A stretch of 49,431 nt of DNA, counting the filler, from Sphacelaria rigidula (taxonomy: Eukaryota), in NCBI GenBank assembly GCA_964200075.2. It is 3 parts of 3 records of this genome, joined end to end, with 100 filler letters (N's around TTAATTAATTAA, not from the genome) between each part and the next. Parts side by side here need not be neighbours in the genome. Positions count along the whole stretch, not along the records: positions 33,025 to 49,431 come from CAXNAA020001371.1; 2 more parts are not named here. One strand, 5' to 3'. A program made the translations under genes and the position numbers. Each line of letters starts with the position of its first letter. Within the stretch, counting starts at the first letter, position 1. Shown in pieces: positions 37,438 through 49,375 of the stretch. Below the pieces are notes generated by a model that searched no databases, had not been told where the DNA came from, and saw only the letters and a program-made list of their open reading frames with translations.

Positions 37438-38622
37438 GTATACACCAGGCACAGACAGTGAATGTGTTGGGACGACGGCTGTAGCTGGAGCCGCCGTGTG
37501 CGATGAAGTTGGTCGCGACCATGCAGCTGCACATGCAAGTGCGGCCGTCAGCTGGCGAGTTGGCGGAAGGGTTCTTGTTTCCGAAGATGTCCATGACGGA
37601 CTAATCGCGCCACGTGCAGTAGAAACACGGTTGGTGCTGCTCATGGATGCTCGCTAGGTCAGCGCGGAACGCACTACGCGCACCTGCACCTGCTCTGTGC
37701 CAACCTTCCAGCTCTCCAGTTATCAGCCCGTGTAGCGCGGGCTGCGCACAGGTATCAAACGGCTGTTTCTTCGTGAAGTGTAACACAGCCTGTTGTCATA
37801 TGATGCGGTACTGTACTGAGCATATCCTGTATCATAACGGCTGTATCTTCGTGAAGCTGCCTACACTACACTACAGTCTGTTGTCATATGGTGCGACACC
37901 GTACTATACGTATCATACTCCAAAGTGGTTGACGGTCGGTAATAATGTGCGGTCGGTTTTGCAAACGAGTCTTTGTACACAGTATAGTAACTACAACAAA
38001 ACGGTGAAGGCTACTGCAGGCACGTGGAATGGCGTAAAAATTGCGTGGAGATCTTTTTGACCAGCGGTCAACTTCCCCCCTTTTTTTTGAGCAATCAGGT
38101 CTGAAAAATCGTGGATTTAGTGATTCGAACCGGCGATGATTCGTCCTAACCGTGAAACCGTTATGTAGGTGAGCGGTAAGGTTTGCCTCGATGGCGGACC
38201 GGGATATCTCCGCTGAAAGCTATATTGACGCGGAGCAACAAGGCTATGACTGGACGCAGACGTACGAGCGATGGCAAGGGTGGGAGGTAAGCGCCACTTG
38301 GGTTCGTTGACACAAATGAACCGTGAAGGTAAAATTTCACGATGGCCGATCTTATCAAGACGTATCAAGATAGTACATCCCGGGGAAGAGATGGACTGGT
38401 CCCTTGAGACCGTGGAATCGTTCCGGGGAAGGGCAGGGGTTGAAATTGTGATTTTTATTAATGAAGAAGTATGCGAAGCATCACCTCCGGAGCATTAACT
38501 GGTTTACAAGGGAACAATATGGAGTCTACATTTTCATGCGGCGTTTAAAGATCGTCGAGGCCATCGAGTAGAGGTGCTGCTGAACGGACAAATCGAAGAG
38601 CCAGATCCGATTTTCAGATTAA

Positions 38623-39029
38623 CCCTTGCGGAACCGATGTCCGAGCAACATAGTGAGAACATAACTTGACCGCTCGAATGCCCTGGGAGTTTGTCCCTAG
38701 ATTCTCTCCGCTTGCCATCTCGTGAGTTTTCGGAGGTTGGTTTTTGTTGGCACAGATGGACGCTAGAGGGATATGAACGCTTGGCAGAAGTGATGCGAAA
38801 TGCAAATGTTAGCCAGCAGGCGTGCAGCAACGTTTTACCGTGGTTGAGTGAGGTTGCGTGCCTATTTCGCATTCCGTGTATCATCCAGCTGTAAGTACTG
38901 TCAATTTCAGCTACGTTGGGGAGAAGGAAAGCTCGCCACACCAAGGCTAAACACGACAGCTGTTTGTGAGGGCTACAAGTGCTGTGGCGTTTGTGAGCGC
39001 TTATCGCCTATCCCTAGATCCGTAAAGGG
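38623..39029. mobile_element. piggyBac-type MITE
   Basis: ttaa|cccttgcgga ... tccgtaaaggg|taaa termini. Confidence 0.55.
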
Positions 39030-39812
39030 TAAATCATAGTAACTCTAGTGGTTCACAGTTCGAACAACCAAAAACGGGCATCATGCGCTTCCACAGTCGA
39101 CTTGCACTGGACATGCCTTACTCCATGTGCGTTGGTTTCCAAGGGTCTTCTATAATCTCTAGGATAATCACGTATCTCTGCCACGATGGCAGCGCTGATG
39201 AGTGATAGCCGCCGGGGTCCATCGTGAGTTGGATCCGGCCTCCTTTGGCAAGATCATCGAACTCCTGGCAAACAGGGGACATGTCTGTGGACGTCACAAC
39301 GACATCTTAGACAACATCCGTTCCCTAGACGACCCGCTCGTCGACGGCCCGTGTAGCCCTCCGGGTTTGCTAGTCGGATAGCTCAACCCATCATCGTACC
39401 AACGTTCGCTTTCAGTTCGCTGCGTGCCATAAACTCCCGCCGAGTCGTTGAGCATCCGACACGATAGCTATGTTCCTGAACAGCTGTTGCGACCTTGTTG
39501 GCTGTGTGCGGTTTAGGCCGCGTGGGAGGTTCCAGCACCGTGCAGAATCGATCCGCGGATAAGTTGACCTTCTTGATCAGGACTTGCCCTGGTCGCTGGT
39601 CCAATAACTGCCCCCCCAGTCCTTGCCAACTACTTCGTATTTGTGCAGTGGCTAGGCCATCGCCTCCCAGTGTCCACCTGCCTACAGCTGTTTCGTACGT
39701 CCGTGTTGAGGGTTCCAACATGGAGTGCTGCGTCGAGGGCGCCAGTTGTGTCATTCCAGCAGTGGTGCTGTCTATGAGGAGATTGGATTACCCGGCGCAC
39801 TCCTCGGCAATT

Positions 39813-40840
39813 GACCCGTCCTGGTAGACGGTTACGGTAATTCGGTGGTTCACAGCCGTTTTTTGGTTTCACCAAGTTCGCCAAAGTCGTCACCGTAGTA
39901 AAAAACAACAGATTGCAGCCGAAAAATTATCGTCAAAGTGTAATACTGCCAATAACAAAACGCAAAAAAGCAGCAACCGTGTACCACCTAATAACGACAG
40001 CTATACGGCATTACAATCACAGCTGAAAAAGTACCACCGTGTCGCATTACCGTTCAAAAGATACCGCCAACTACAGTTACCGTCAAAACATGACCGGTCT
40101 GTACTCCAGGTATCGCTTCTGTACACCTATACTGTTCAACTGGCGTTGTAGTCAGGACCTTGCCAATCAAGCGTTAAAACGAAGTTTTGACCCCCCCCTC
40201 CCAAGCAATATTCAGGGGTATCTTGTCAAAACAAAATTTGATGAATAAAAATAAGTGCGGCGGGGAAGGAAATTCCGATTCGATGGGCCTAGTCGATTAT
40301 CTTCCTGTGTGGCTTCATCTCTTGTTGATGATTCTTCGTGCGCGACCGGAAGGGAAAAAATGGAAACGCTCAGTTTTTTAATCGAAAACATGCGGGGGAA
40401 GGACACGAAGTGGAACTTGACTCTCATTTTGCAGACCACTACGCCAGATACCACCCGTTCACAAAACCACGCAAACCCCACACACTCATTATCCGCTACC
40501 ATCTCACCCCTGCAGCATAGAGCACGAGTTGAGCAGAGGAATACACCCACTACAATAGTTGGGAACCGGCATCATCACCCTTTTGGAATAATGTGCTTCT
40601 TTTTTGTTGCCGACCGTATATGTTACCCGCCAAAAGAATTGAGAACCGTTCACCGCCGAAAATTTTCCGCCATGTTTGGGTTTACCGTGGAAAAATTCCC
40701 GCCATGTTTTGCTGTTACCGTCCCCGCCAACGGTGGTACTGTCGAAAAACAAAAACCCGTGTACCGCTGAAACGTTCACGTCGTATGACATTTCTACTTC
40801 GCTTGGAACCGTAAAATAAACCGTTACCGAGGAGGACCCT
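39813..40840. mobile_element. Degenerate hAT-like non-autonomous element rich in ACCG motifs
   Basis: Right end aaccgttaccgaggaggaccctg (rc cagggtcc...cggtaacggtt) versus left gtcctggtagacggttacggt; many subterminal (t/a)accg motifs. Confidence 0.4.
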
Positions 40841-41415
40841 GGAATTTTTCCCGTACATCGTTACGGCGTTGGGTGTCACCTCCGTACAAGTCAGGTGACA
40901 TTCCTGGTTGCTATTGGCCTACACACAGTGACACGACAAGCTGTCCGGCGAACAAAGCGGGGGAGTGGAGCGATAAACTGCACCCTCCGTGTGTGCTGTC
41001 CGAACATGACTCAGCAGCCGCGCAGTGCAATGTCACAGTGCAGGGCGGTACAACAGCGTACAGCACGCGGGCTAACCCCCACTGCCATGTACCGTTTTCC
41101 ATGTCTGAATTGCCCAAATTCAAACGTATTCCCGACTTGAAACGAGTTTTTTCGTTGGCTACATGTAGTAAATCCCGCGAATCCTTGTACGGTGCAGATA
41201 CCATGATCCCTACACCATGAAAACCTACTTCTTCGTCGACCGCGGAGAAGCGCGAGCGCAACAGGTCCTCGTAACATCACAAGCCGGGTTGGAACAAAGG
41301 GTGATGCTATGTACCCAAGTGCGGACATGCTTCTGTTCATCTCGCCGCTTACAGAGTCATATTCATCTAGGCTTGGAAGCAGCACGTTGCAGTCCACCTA
41401 GGTAACTCGCCTCCA

Positions 41416-41598
41416 GTTGACTGACAGATTGAGCTTGTTTGGCAAGAGTCAATGCGGTGCGGGAGTGCTGATAGTCACGACCCAGTCCGCGAGACCAAAA
41501 CACAAGGCGTGTACCGGGGAGAAAGATTGGTTGATCCCTCTAGACCACGGAATCGTCCCGAGGAAGCTGAGGGGTTCAAAGTGCGAAAAAAGAAAAAG
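41416..41598 (+). mobile_element. SINE family C, 5'-truncated copy
   Basis: Body/tail gcggtgcgggagtg...tccgcgagaccaaa...gaccacgga...ggggttcaaagtgcga + A-rich end matches 42770-42915 and 49002-49148. Confidence 0.75.
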
Positions 41599-41645
41599 AG
41601 TCTTGCGCTCTCGCTCGAGCCATCTCGGTGATACCGTGTGGTCCG

Positions 41646-42038
41646 GAGGGGACCTGAGGAAATGTACGTAATTAATGGTTGGTACTGTGGAGATGCCGCC
41701 AACCCTAACGGTAACCCAAACCCTAACCCCGACCAAGAAATACCGAGAACCCTCGGGTAAGGGTGTACTCATGATCATGCATACCATAGTCATACGACCC
41801 AAGGTCAATCCCGAGGGGGGTGCAAAGTGCTCTCTAGGCAAAGTGTGCGTTGCCAGAGCTCAAATCGACGCCTTTCGGCCGATTTTCGAGCAGAACACGT
41901 TCTGGACGAGCTGGGTCTACTGCTCACCGCACTGCTCACCTGCCCCAGGTCATGAATTCTCTCAGAACTTTCTCCAGTCTGAAATCAAGTAAAATCGAGT
42001 ACCAATCATTGTTGACGTACATTTCGTAAGGTCTACTG
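41646..42038 (-). mobile_element. MITE family A intact copy with 8-bp TSD (hAT-like)
   Basis: TSD GTGGTCCG at 41638-41645 and 42039-42046; ~40-bp imperfect TIRs (31/40 match); aaccctaacggtaacccaaaccctaacccc tract at 41701-41730. Confidence 0.85.
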
Positions 42039-42239
42039 GTGGTCCGCTGATACATGCACCGTGTGCACGGACCTGGGCCCGTGAAGCGTGATATTCGCCA
42101 TCATCCAGGATTTCAGACGAAGCGTTGGAAGCTGTACTAAAACAAATGCTCAGGTGCAACACCGGAATCGTGAACAGTTCTATCCCTCACCAGATGCCAT
42201 GACGTTTTCTCTCCTCTGTCTGGCGCTGCTTTGAAGTAG

Positions 42240-42335
42240 GACCCGGATGACGTCGCGAAGAGGAAAGAAGACGAGAAGGCGCGCTTGAAGCACTTCAGAG
42301 AGAGCCACATGACTTGCGCGCACGACCGTTCCGCG
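42240..42335 (+). CDS. TPR-domain protein, internal exon A
   Basis: Pyrimidine tract + tag acceptor, gcg|gtgag donor, 96 nt phase 0; DPDDVAKRKEDEKARLKHFRESHMTCAHDRSA. Confidence 0.75.
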
Positions 42336-42600
42336 GTGAGATATGAGCTTCACTCCGCAAGTGCTCTCTAGGCACCGCATATGTCGCCCCTTACTACGGG
42401 TTTCGTCGAATTGTTTGCGTCGATTCATCATGCTGTCCAAATGTTCGGGGTTTTCCACCACGTGCCCATGCTGTTTTCAATGGCTTCTTTTGTCTCGTAA
42501 CAGGAAGTCACGTCTATTTTTTTTTCATGTAGAAGGGAATGCTTGACTCAGCACACAGATGGGAATGGATCCTGCTGGGTATCAAGGGTGCAGAAGCCGC

Positions 42601-42992
42601 CCCGCCCCGGTGGTGTAATGATTCGACTGTCGCCGTTAGGGTGGAGAGGTCGAGGGTTCGATTCCGGATGCGTACGGGTTTTTATTCATAATATCCGATT
42701 TCCACCGCGGGAAGCGTGAGAACGTGAGTTAACAAAGTAGTCGACTGAGTTTGCTTGACGTGAGTTGACACGATGCGGAAGTGCTGATGGTCATGATCCA
42801 ATCCGCGAGACCAAAATGCAAGGCGTGTACCGGGGAGAGATGGATTGATCCCTTGAGACCACGGACTCATCCCGAGGAAGGGGAGGGGTTCAAAGGGCGA
42901 CACATAGAAGAAAGACTCAAATTAAAGGAAGGCTCGTCCCGAGGAAGAGGAGGGGTTCAAGGTGCGACAAATAAAGTAACAATAAACAAAAA
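42601..42992 (+). mobile_element. tRNA-Pro-derived SINE (family C), intronic, duplicated tail
   Basis: A box tggtgtaatga 42611-42621, B box ggttcgattcc 42655-42665, tcgccgttagggtggagaggtc resembles the tRNA-Pro(AGG) anticodon arm; shared body and A-rich tail. Confidence 0.8.
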
Positions 42993-43142
42993 TATGAAGA
43001 TTCGCGTGGAATAGGCGGAATAAGTACGGGTCCTCCCACTCATGTCACTGGCGGCACAGTCCATCTCTGCCTGAAGGTGCTCGCAATTCGTATGAATATT
43101 GCGACCTTTTCAATATGTAACTTTTCCTCTCATGCTGTGTAG

Positions 43143-43265
43143 GAGAGGAAGGTGATGGAGCTGCCTATTGACGAGAAGGTGGAGGCGTGTCGCGAGTTCC
43201 GGAGGAGGGGAAACCTGTTTCACGAAGAGGGGCAGTACAGGAGGGCAGCGCTGCAGTACAGACAG
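43143..43265 (+). CDS. TPR-domain protein, internal exon B
   Basis: tgtag acceptor, cag|gtcag donor, 123 nt phase 0; ERKVMELPIDEKVEACREFRRRGNLFHEEGQYRRAALQYRQ (FKBP/TTC9-type TPR1). Confidence 0.88.
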
Positions 43266-43688
43266 GTCAGCGCTAGTGCGACCCGCAGCAACGAGTTTTG
43301 GATCACAGTGCACTAGCATTGACTCGTTTGAGATGTCACGAGTCAGTCTGGTTTATCGATCGATTGATTGTCGTACAAGTACATTGCCTGATCCCGGAGG
43401 TAGGGTCATTATCCATCAAGGATCCAGCTGTGGTCATTATCCACAGGATAAGCGCACCCAGGGTACACAAAGCGGAAAAATTCGCCAGAGGGGACTCGAC
43501 AGAGGGGAAAGGCGAAGAAAGAAAGACAAAACGTACAGAGTAGAGTGAACAAGAGCAAGAGACAACAACGACAAAGCAGAGCGAAACAAGAATGGCAAGG
43601 AAGGGAGAGGAGAACAAGAATCTGAGTAGCCGGTTCCGATGAAAATAGCAAGAATGATGTTAAAAACGTGAAAAGGAAAGAAAAATAA

Positions 43689-43735
43689 CAAACAAACAAA
43701 CAAACAAACAAACAAACAAACAAACAAACAAACAA
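43689..43735. repeat. (CAAA)n microsatellite
   Basis: ~11 tandem caaa units within the TPR gene intron. Confidence 0.9.
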
Positions 43736-44540
43736 GCAAGAAACAAGGAACAAAGAGCGAGATATGACCAGCTCCTGCAGCATGGCTTTAGCTAAGAGGC
43801 CGTACAGAAAAGTCAGTCCCCTTTGAGGCAATGATGAATATGTTTGTGATCAGATGAATGATGGCGGGGTAGACATCAAACCAGCCACCGCTGGTGGATC
43901 CACAGATTGAAGACAGGTACAAGGACACAACGCATCTGCGCAACTAGATCAAGAAAGTCAATGTACTGGTAGATAAGTGCAAGCAACAACGAATGGCTTG
44001 GTCCCTTGAGACTTTCAGACCACAGACTTATCTGGAGAAGGGGACGGGTTCGAAGTGCAACAAAAAAGTGGGCATAGAAAAATTCTAACGAGGGTTCTGT
44101 ACATAGACTTCGACTCATTGAGGCCATTTCCCGTTTCTATGTTAGCGATGGAGGGTCGAATTAGGCAAGCATTCTTCATCTCGGCAAGAGCTACTACCCC
44201 TTGCATACTTCCGGCGGATCTTATGCAACAACTCCACATTGACTGCACAAGTTGGTCAACGTCATGCTTATCTACGAGGCTTCGTATAACGGCGTGACCC
44301 TTCGGTGCCTCTGCACATGATGTACAGTGTGCTGTACGATACGGTAGACAGTGTACCCTTGCTTTATCCCTCTGTCGACGCCAAGCGGATCGGTCTATCT
44401 TGTGTGCAAGCACGTCTTGCCACCGTGCACAGCGAATCTCAGTGTGGGTGGACCACAGGGACGTGTTATCGTGGCCAACATTGGTGTAATAATGTATGCT
44501 TGCCCACGATCGCCTGGCCCGGCGTCCGACGAAATACAAG

Positions 44541-44687
44541 GCGTTGGTGTACTACGACTTCTGCTTTCCCGACTCCGAGGAGATACAGCTGGAGTTGGAT
44601 GAGATCAGACTGGCGTGTCTGCTGAATTCCGCGGCATGTTTCCTTCGATGCAACGAGCTCGACCAAGTGCTGGATTGCTGCTACCAG
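44541..44687 (+). CDS. TPR-domain protein, internal exon C
   Basis: aag acceptor, cag|gtatg donor, 147 nt phase 0; ALVYYDFCFPDSEEIQLELDEIRLACLLNSAACFLRCNELDQVLDCCYQ continues TPR1 into TPR2 (LNxAAC). Confidence 0.88.
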
Positions 44688-46719
44688 GTATGGTACGCAA
44701 TCCCGCACGATAAATCGAGGGTGAAAGGGGGATGGACATGACGCGTTCGTTTCTGTGGGCGTCTTATAGTTTTTCAAGATTGCGAGGCTCATGTGAGTGT
44801 CAACCTCGCCCTTCTCGTGTCTATTCAGTTTTGCTTCAAGTGGGGCAGAGGTAGAATGCCTGGGCGTTGATACCAGCTATTATTGTTGCCCCCTGTCCGA
44901 GCAACTGGTGTGCTGCACCTTTCGTGTGCGACAGTTTCGACTGCAGCTATGCGCCCATGGTCGAAGTGCTTCCGAGTAGTGGAATACCGTGTACTGGAAT
45001 TTCGGGTACCCTTGTACCCCCCCCCCTCTCTCCGGGGGGAAGTATCATGGGTTGTCTTCCGGACGGGTATTTGGATAATGACTGCACGAATGCGATACTT
45101 GATTTTTTCGCGGTGTACAGCAGTAAACAGAGTGCGGGACCTGTGAAGAACGGAACGGAATTGGGTGGTGCTACTATTTGTAACCGCGGTGTCGCTCGGT
45201 AGTACGGTATGCGGGTTCCGTAACTGTGGTGCGGCACGGTACGGTACGGGACCGGACGACTGGGGTATCTGCCGCGGAAAACTGAAAGTAATTCGTTTTC
45301 GTGGTGATCGGGAACGTAGGTACCTCGTGCCGCGGTAACATGAGTTTTCTCGGTGGCACTGTGCTGTATGCACGTGTTATTGAGAAGTGAAGGCATCGAG
45401 ACCCCGATACAGGTGTAAGTGCAGTAGGCAGCTGGGAACTACCCGGCGACTGTACCGTGCCGCCTCTTTCAAAAGTGCGTGATGGCTCCGCCGTACTCGA
45501 AGCGTAGGGCAAACATTGAGGCCTACTGCTGAACGACTTTGAAATTTATTTCCATGTTTTTTTGCGGTTTTTCGGTGATGTGATTTTATGAATGCAGGGA
45601 TTGCTGATTTTGGGCATGAAGTATTGATAGGAGGAAGCCATCGCTAGGCAAGCAAGCTGTCGTGTCACCGTCCGTTATCCCATGGTTTGTCGGTGTCCCG
45701 TAATCATCTATACGGGCTACGCTCGATGTCGCCGTACTGCTGTACCAGTAGTGTGCTGCGTGTGTAGTAATGTACTGTGTAGTTGTGACGTATTTTTATA
45801 AATATTTTTCATAGTTCATTCTTGTATGCGATGATGTTGGGGTGGCTATCCGTGTAGTTGATGTCTCGTTACTGTACAGACGTGCTACTTCCTCTGTGCC
45901 GTAGTTTAAGTCCGTTATGGTGGCACAGGTTCTTGCCTTTGTGCGTTTCGGCTTCCCTTATTTTCATTGACTTCTCAGACGTTTTCGAGTGTGTTTTTTT
46001 TACAGTTCACATTGTCACCATGCGTCCGAATAGTCCGAAAAAGCATGCAGGCCCAAAATGGCCGTAATTTGCTCCTACTCTGGGGGCAAAATAAAAAAGA
46101 GTAAGGAGAAAGTGGCGAAGAACGCCTCGAGGTCGTCGTTTTAGCTTTCTTCTTGTACAGCAGCTAGCTACACCTCGTCCGAAACCACTTCGTGACGTCA
46201 TCACTTCTGTCCGGAACGAAGATGTCGCAGAATGGCAGAGTTTGGGAAAAACTGGACTTGAAGTGGCCAGAATTGGGTATACAAAAAACAAAAACAAAAA
46301 TGGCATTTGTTCCTCTTCAATGGCCATGTCCATAACTGTATCTTTTCAACGAACCTAACTATAGCATCATGAGCACCTCCGTTGGGCAGGTATGATCTGC
46401 ACCCCATCACGAACTCCACTTGTGGCACAGACAAAGCATTGTACTCATCTATCATAGCACTGATGTTCCCTACTTCTCGCCACCCGTCCCGTACGGTAAG
46501 ACTGTTGTTACGACCGTGCAGCGGGCGGACAGCCGTCACAACGACACCCTGCGCTATTCTGTCCCGTCTTCATTCCGCGCTCTTGCCACGACTACCATAG
46601 GCTGCGGCCGTTACCGTCTAGTTGCGCACACGCGTTCTTGATTCGATTACAATATGCGAACTAGGTTCTACAGGGGGCCAGAAATCCAAGGTGCTTACCC
46701 GACGTGCACAGTGTGCATT

Positions 46720-46812
46720 TTCGCTTGAAATGGCGCCTTTGGTGCCCTCTGCACTTCCCTTGCCCGAGGGTTCTCGATCTGTCTTGGGGTTGGGGTTGTG
46801 TCGGGTTAGCGC
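46720..46812 (+). repeat. MITE family A fragment
   Basis: ctctgcac..cccttgcccgagggttctcg...ttggggttggggtt...gggttagcg. Confidence 0.55.
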
Positions 46813-48621
46813 CAGGAATTGACAAGAACAACTGTGTTTAACCCCTAGATCGCGGCTGTTGTCTCGGAACAGTTTCATAGGCTGATGATTCGGGGACATC
46901 TGCGGGTTTCTTGGGGGGGGGGGGGGGGGGGGGGGTTCCTGACAAGGGCGTTAGGATCTGTTCGCAGAACAACCGAAAAACTGACTTAATCAACCATGTG
47001 TGCTTGGAAGCTTTTCACGGAAATTTCTAAGCCAGGAACGAGGCCCGAGAGGAGCGGAGTGACCGTTTCTAGAGCTGTGATTGGTCAGAATAGTCACGTG
47101 TTCCCCTACAGATGGACTATGGATGGACTACCTCATGGGCTAGCCATATTTCCCATTTTGATCATGACCATTCATCCGTAGATAACATGGGCACAAACAA
47201 CGTGCCTTTTATTACTCTGCTCGTGGTCTTCGCTGCCTGCCTCATCCCTCATGTGTTGCCAGCATGGCTTCATACTGTAATGTCGTTTCGGAACACTAAG
47301 CAAAGACATGAGCGTGCAATAGGCTGTGTTCAATGGAGAGTGATGTCACGCGTAGTCTCTTGCCGCGTTGTATCCAGCGAAGGCATACAGTATATTATAC
47401 GTGCTGACTGCACGCACTGGACTGCAGGGTAAGAACCGGTTGTATTTCTCTAGAGCTTTTTTCCATATAGATTCCCAACCTCCACATTTCCATGAAAAAA
47501 CGCGTTTTGTAGCGAGAAAACAGCAGTTCACCACCCCAAATGAGGCATAGCCTAGCTGAGTCCATCTGAGGGGGGTTCACAGTCTAAGGGTTGAGCCTTG
47601 AAGCTTTGGCGACCTGTTTGCGTGAACCCACCCCAAATATGTTCCCCCAGTACTGTAAAGGCCCCCGAGTCTTCGCAGTCGAGAGGTCCACGCGCTCAAA
47701 AATCTCATTTTGTGACCAACACGTGTCCCCTGCTCAATCGCGCGTGCACTACTTCTTCGAGTGGTACGGCGTCCGGTCTGTACTGTACTGTACTGCGCTG
47801 CACCTTAGTGTAGTGTAGTGTAGTGTAGTGTGATGTACCCACTGACACCGTTGTACGGTACAGCGCCTGCCACGACGACTGACTCCTGCATGAGTTGTTG
47901 AACAGATGAGATTTTCACGTAAGTGCGTACGCACGTCCCCCCCCCCCCAAAAAACCTACTCTGAATTATATACCGCGCGGGAACAAACCCACAGCCGAGA
48001 GAGCAATAGGTGTTTACACAGCAGCCATACTGCTGCACTCCTCCGTGCTCATCAGTGATGATGCTGAGCTACGAGACAGACCAGATCTTCGAAAGTAAGC
48101 TTTTTCCTGCTGAGGGGTGCTCTCTTTCAATGTATGCTGGACTGGACTGAAGGTTTTTCATGTCCCCAGTGGTTTCTGCGTGTTATTCACGCTTTGGCGC
48201 TGTCATGGCGTCACATTTCTCTCTCCTGCCCCCAACAAAGCTAAGGCCCGCTTGAGCTTGGGCGCTTTTCATCATGCCGTGTTTGGGGGGGGGGTACACT
48301 ATATTCGGAACATGTATTGAAAGTTGCTGGAGGACCATCACACTCGGCAGGAGTTTTTGACAGGGATTTCGCGAACACTCGGACAAACCAAATCAAGGAA
48401 CCAAGCATGTTTGGTATGAACGTAATCAAGTGGTCCTCCTCCCCGCGAAAATACGCCGATCCATACAACGATGAGTGTGTATTGTAGAGCACAAACTAGA
48501 GAGATCAATAGATCGGTAGCAGAGAGATACAAGCAGCCGTAAGTGACGGCATTGGCGATCCTGTCTGCGAAACCAACCAATAACGATAATTTCTGGGTAA
48601 GGCGTTACTGTAGTACGATCA

Positions 48622-48687
48622 CGTTGATTGGTTGCTTGATTGATTGTCGCACTTTAACTGACCCCCCAGGGATCCCGGCCGTGGTCA
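48622..48687 (-). mobile_element. Putative LINE 3' tail fragment ending in (TCAA)n
   Basis: rc tgaccacggccgggatccctggggggtcagttaaagtgcgacaatcaatcaa; near-copy at 48855-48909 and relative at 43357-43436. Confidence 0.55.
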
Positions 48688-48714
48688 CAAATTCAAAAGA
48701 CGAGTGACGTGTGA

Positions 48715-49148
48715 CCCCGCTCCCTGTGGTCCAATGGTCCGACTGCCACCATAAGGGTGGAGAGAACGTGGTTCGGATCCCGCGAAATGCGTTTAGTTTT
48801 TTCTTCGGAGCGTTTGATTCCCACCGTCCGAAGCTTGCGAGTGCGGTGTGAGTTTGTATTGATTTGGTTGTCGCACTTGAACTGACCCCCCAGGGATCCA
48901 GCTGTGGTCGTATGATAGACGTACCCACGACACAACAAAACCGAAACACTCAAGTAGACAAAAAAAAGGTAGTTGTCTGAGATTGTTTGACGAAAGTTCA
49001 CGCGGTGCGGGAGTGGTGGTCATGATCCAATCCGCGGGTCCAAAGTGCAACACGTGGACCGAGGAGAGAGACGGGTGGAGGATCCCTTGCGACCACGGAG
49101 TCGTCGGGAGAAAGGGGAGGGGTTCAGAGTGGGACAACAAAAAGAAAC
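48715..49148 (+). mobile_element. tRNA-derived SINE (family C) with nested antisense tail fragment
   Basis: A box tggtccaatgg 48727-48737, B box ggttcggatcc 48770-48780; same body and tail as the 42601 copy; insert at ~48855-48909. Confidence 0.78.
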
Positions 49149-49340
49149 GTTACAAAATTGGCACGGGCAGGATTAAGAATAGGTGCCAATAGTTCACATG
49201 AATATTCCAGAATATTTTTAACGGAAAAAAACCAATTCGTCCGAGAAAAAACACATAAGGCACTGACGACATTGAGTAAACATACTAATATACGAACAAC
49301 GTTAATGGTCAAATGGCTAAGGCAATCAACAAATGTGTAC

Positions 49341-49375
<35 letters not shown>

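Larger units (their letters stand above)
36096..37594 (-). pseudogene. Intronless coiled-coil repeat + RING-like zinc finger pseudogene, interrupted by MITE
   Basis: Single minus frame reads ERRREAAEKGMGGRRLQVAETNLDERRREVVE... then ECS*W...KCGRWACSGC...KCCRC; several in-frame stops; possible Cys-rich 5' part beyond the MITE. Confidence 0.5.

Noticed and set aside
42109..42155. Additional upstream TPR exon (ISDEALEAVLKQML)
   Set aside because: Protein-like frame is phase 2, incompatible with the phase-0 exon at 42240
42601..42680. Functional tRNA gene (also 48715-48790)
   Set aside because: Acceptor stem and anticodon loop are non-canonical and both heads continue into a shared SINE body
44970..45502. 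CGGTA/TACCG-rich hAT-like MITE
   Set aside because: Motif enrichment is visible but termini and TSD could not be defined
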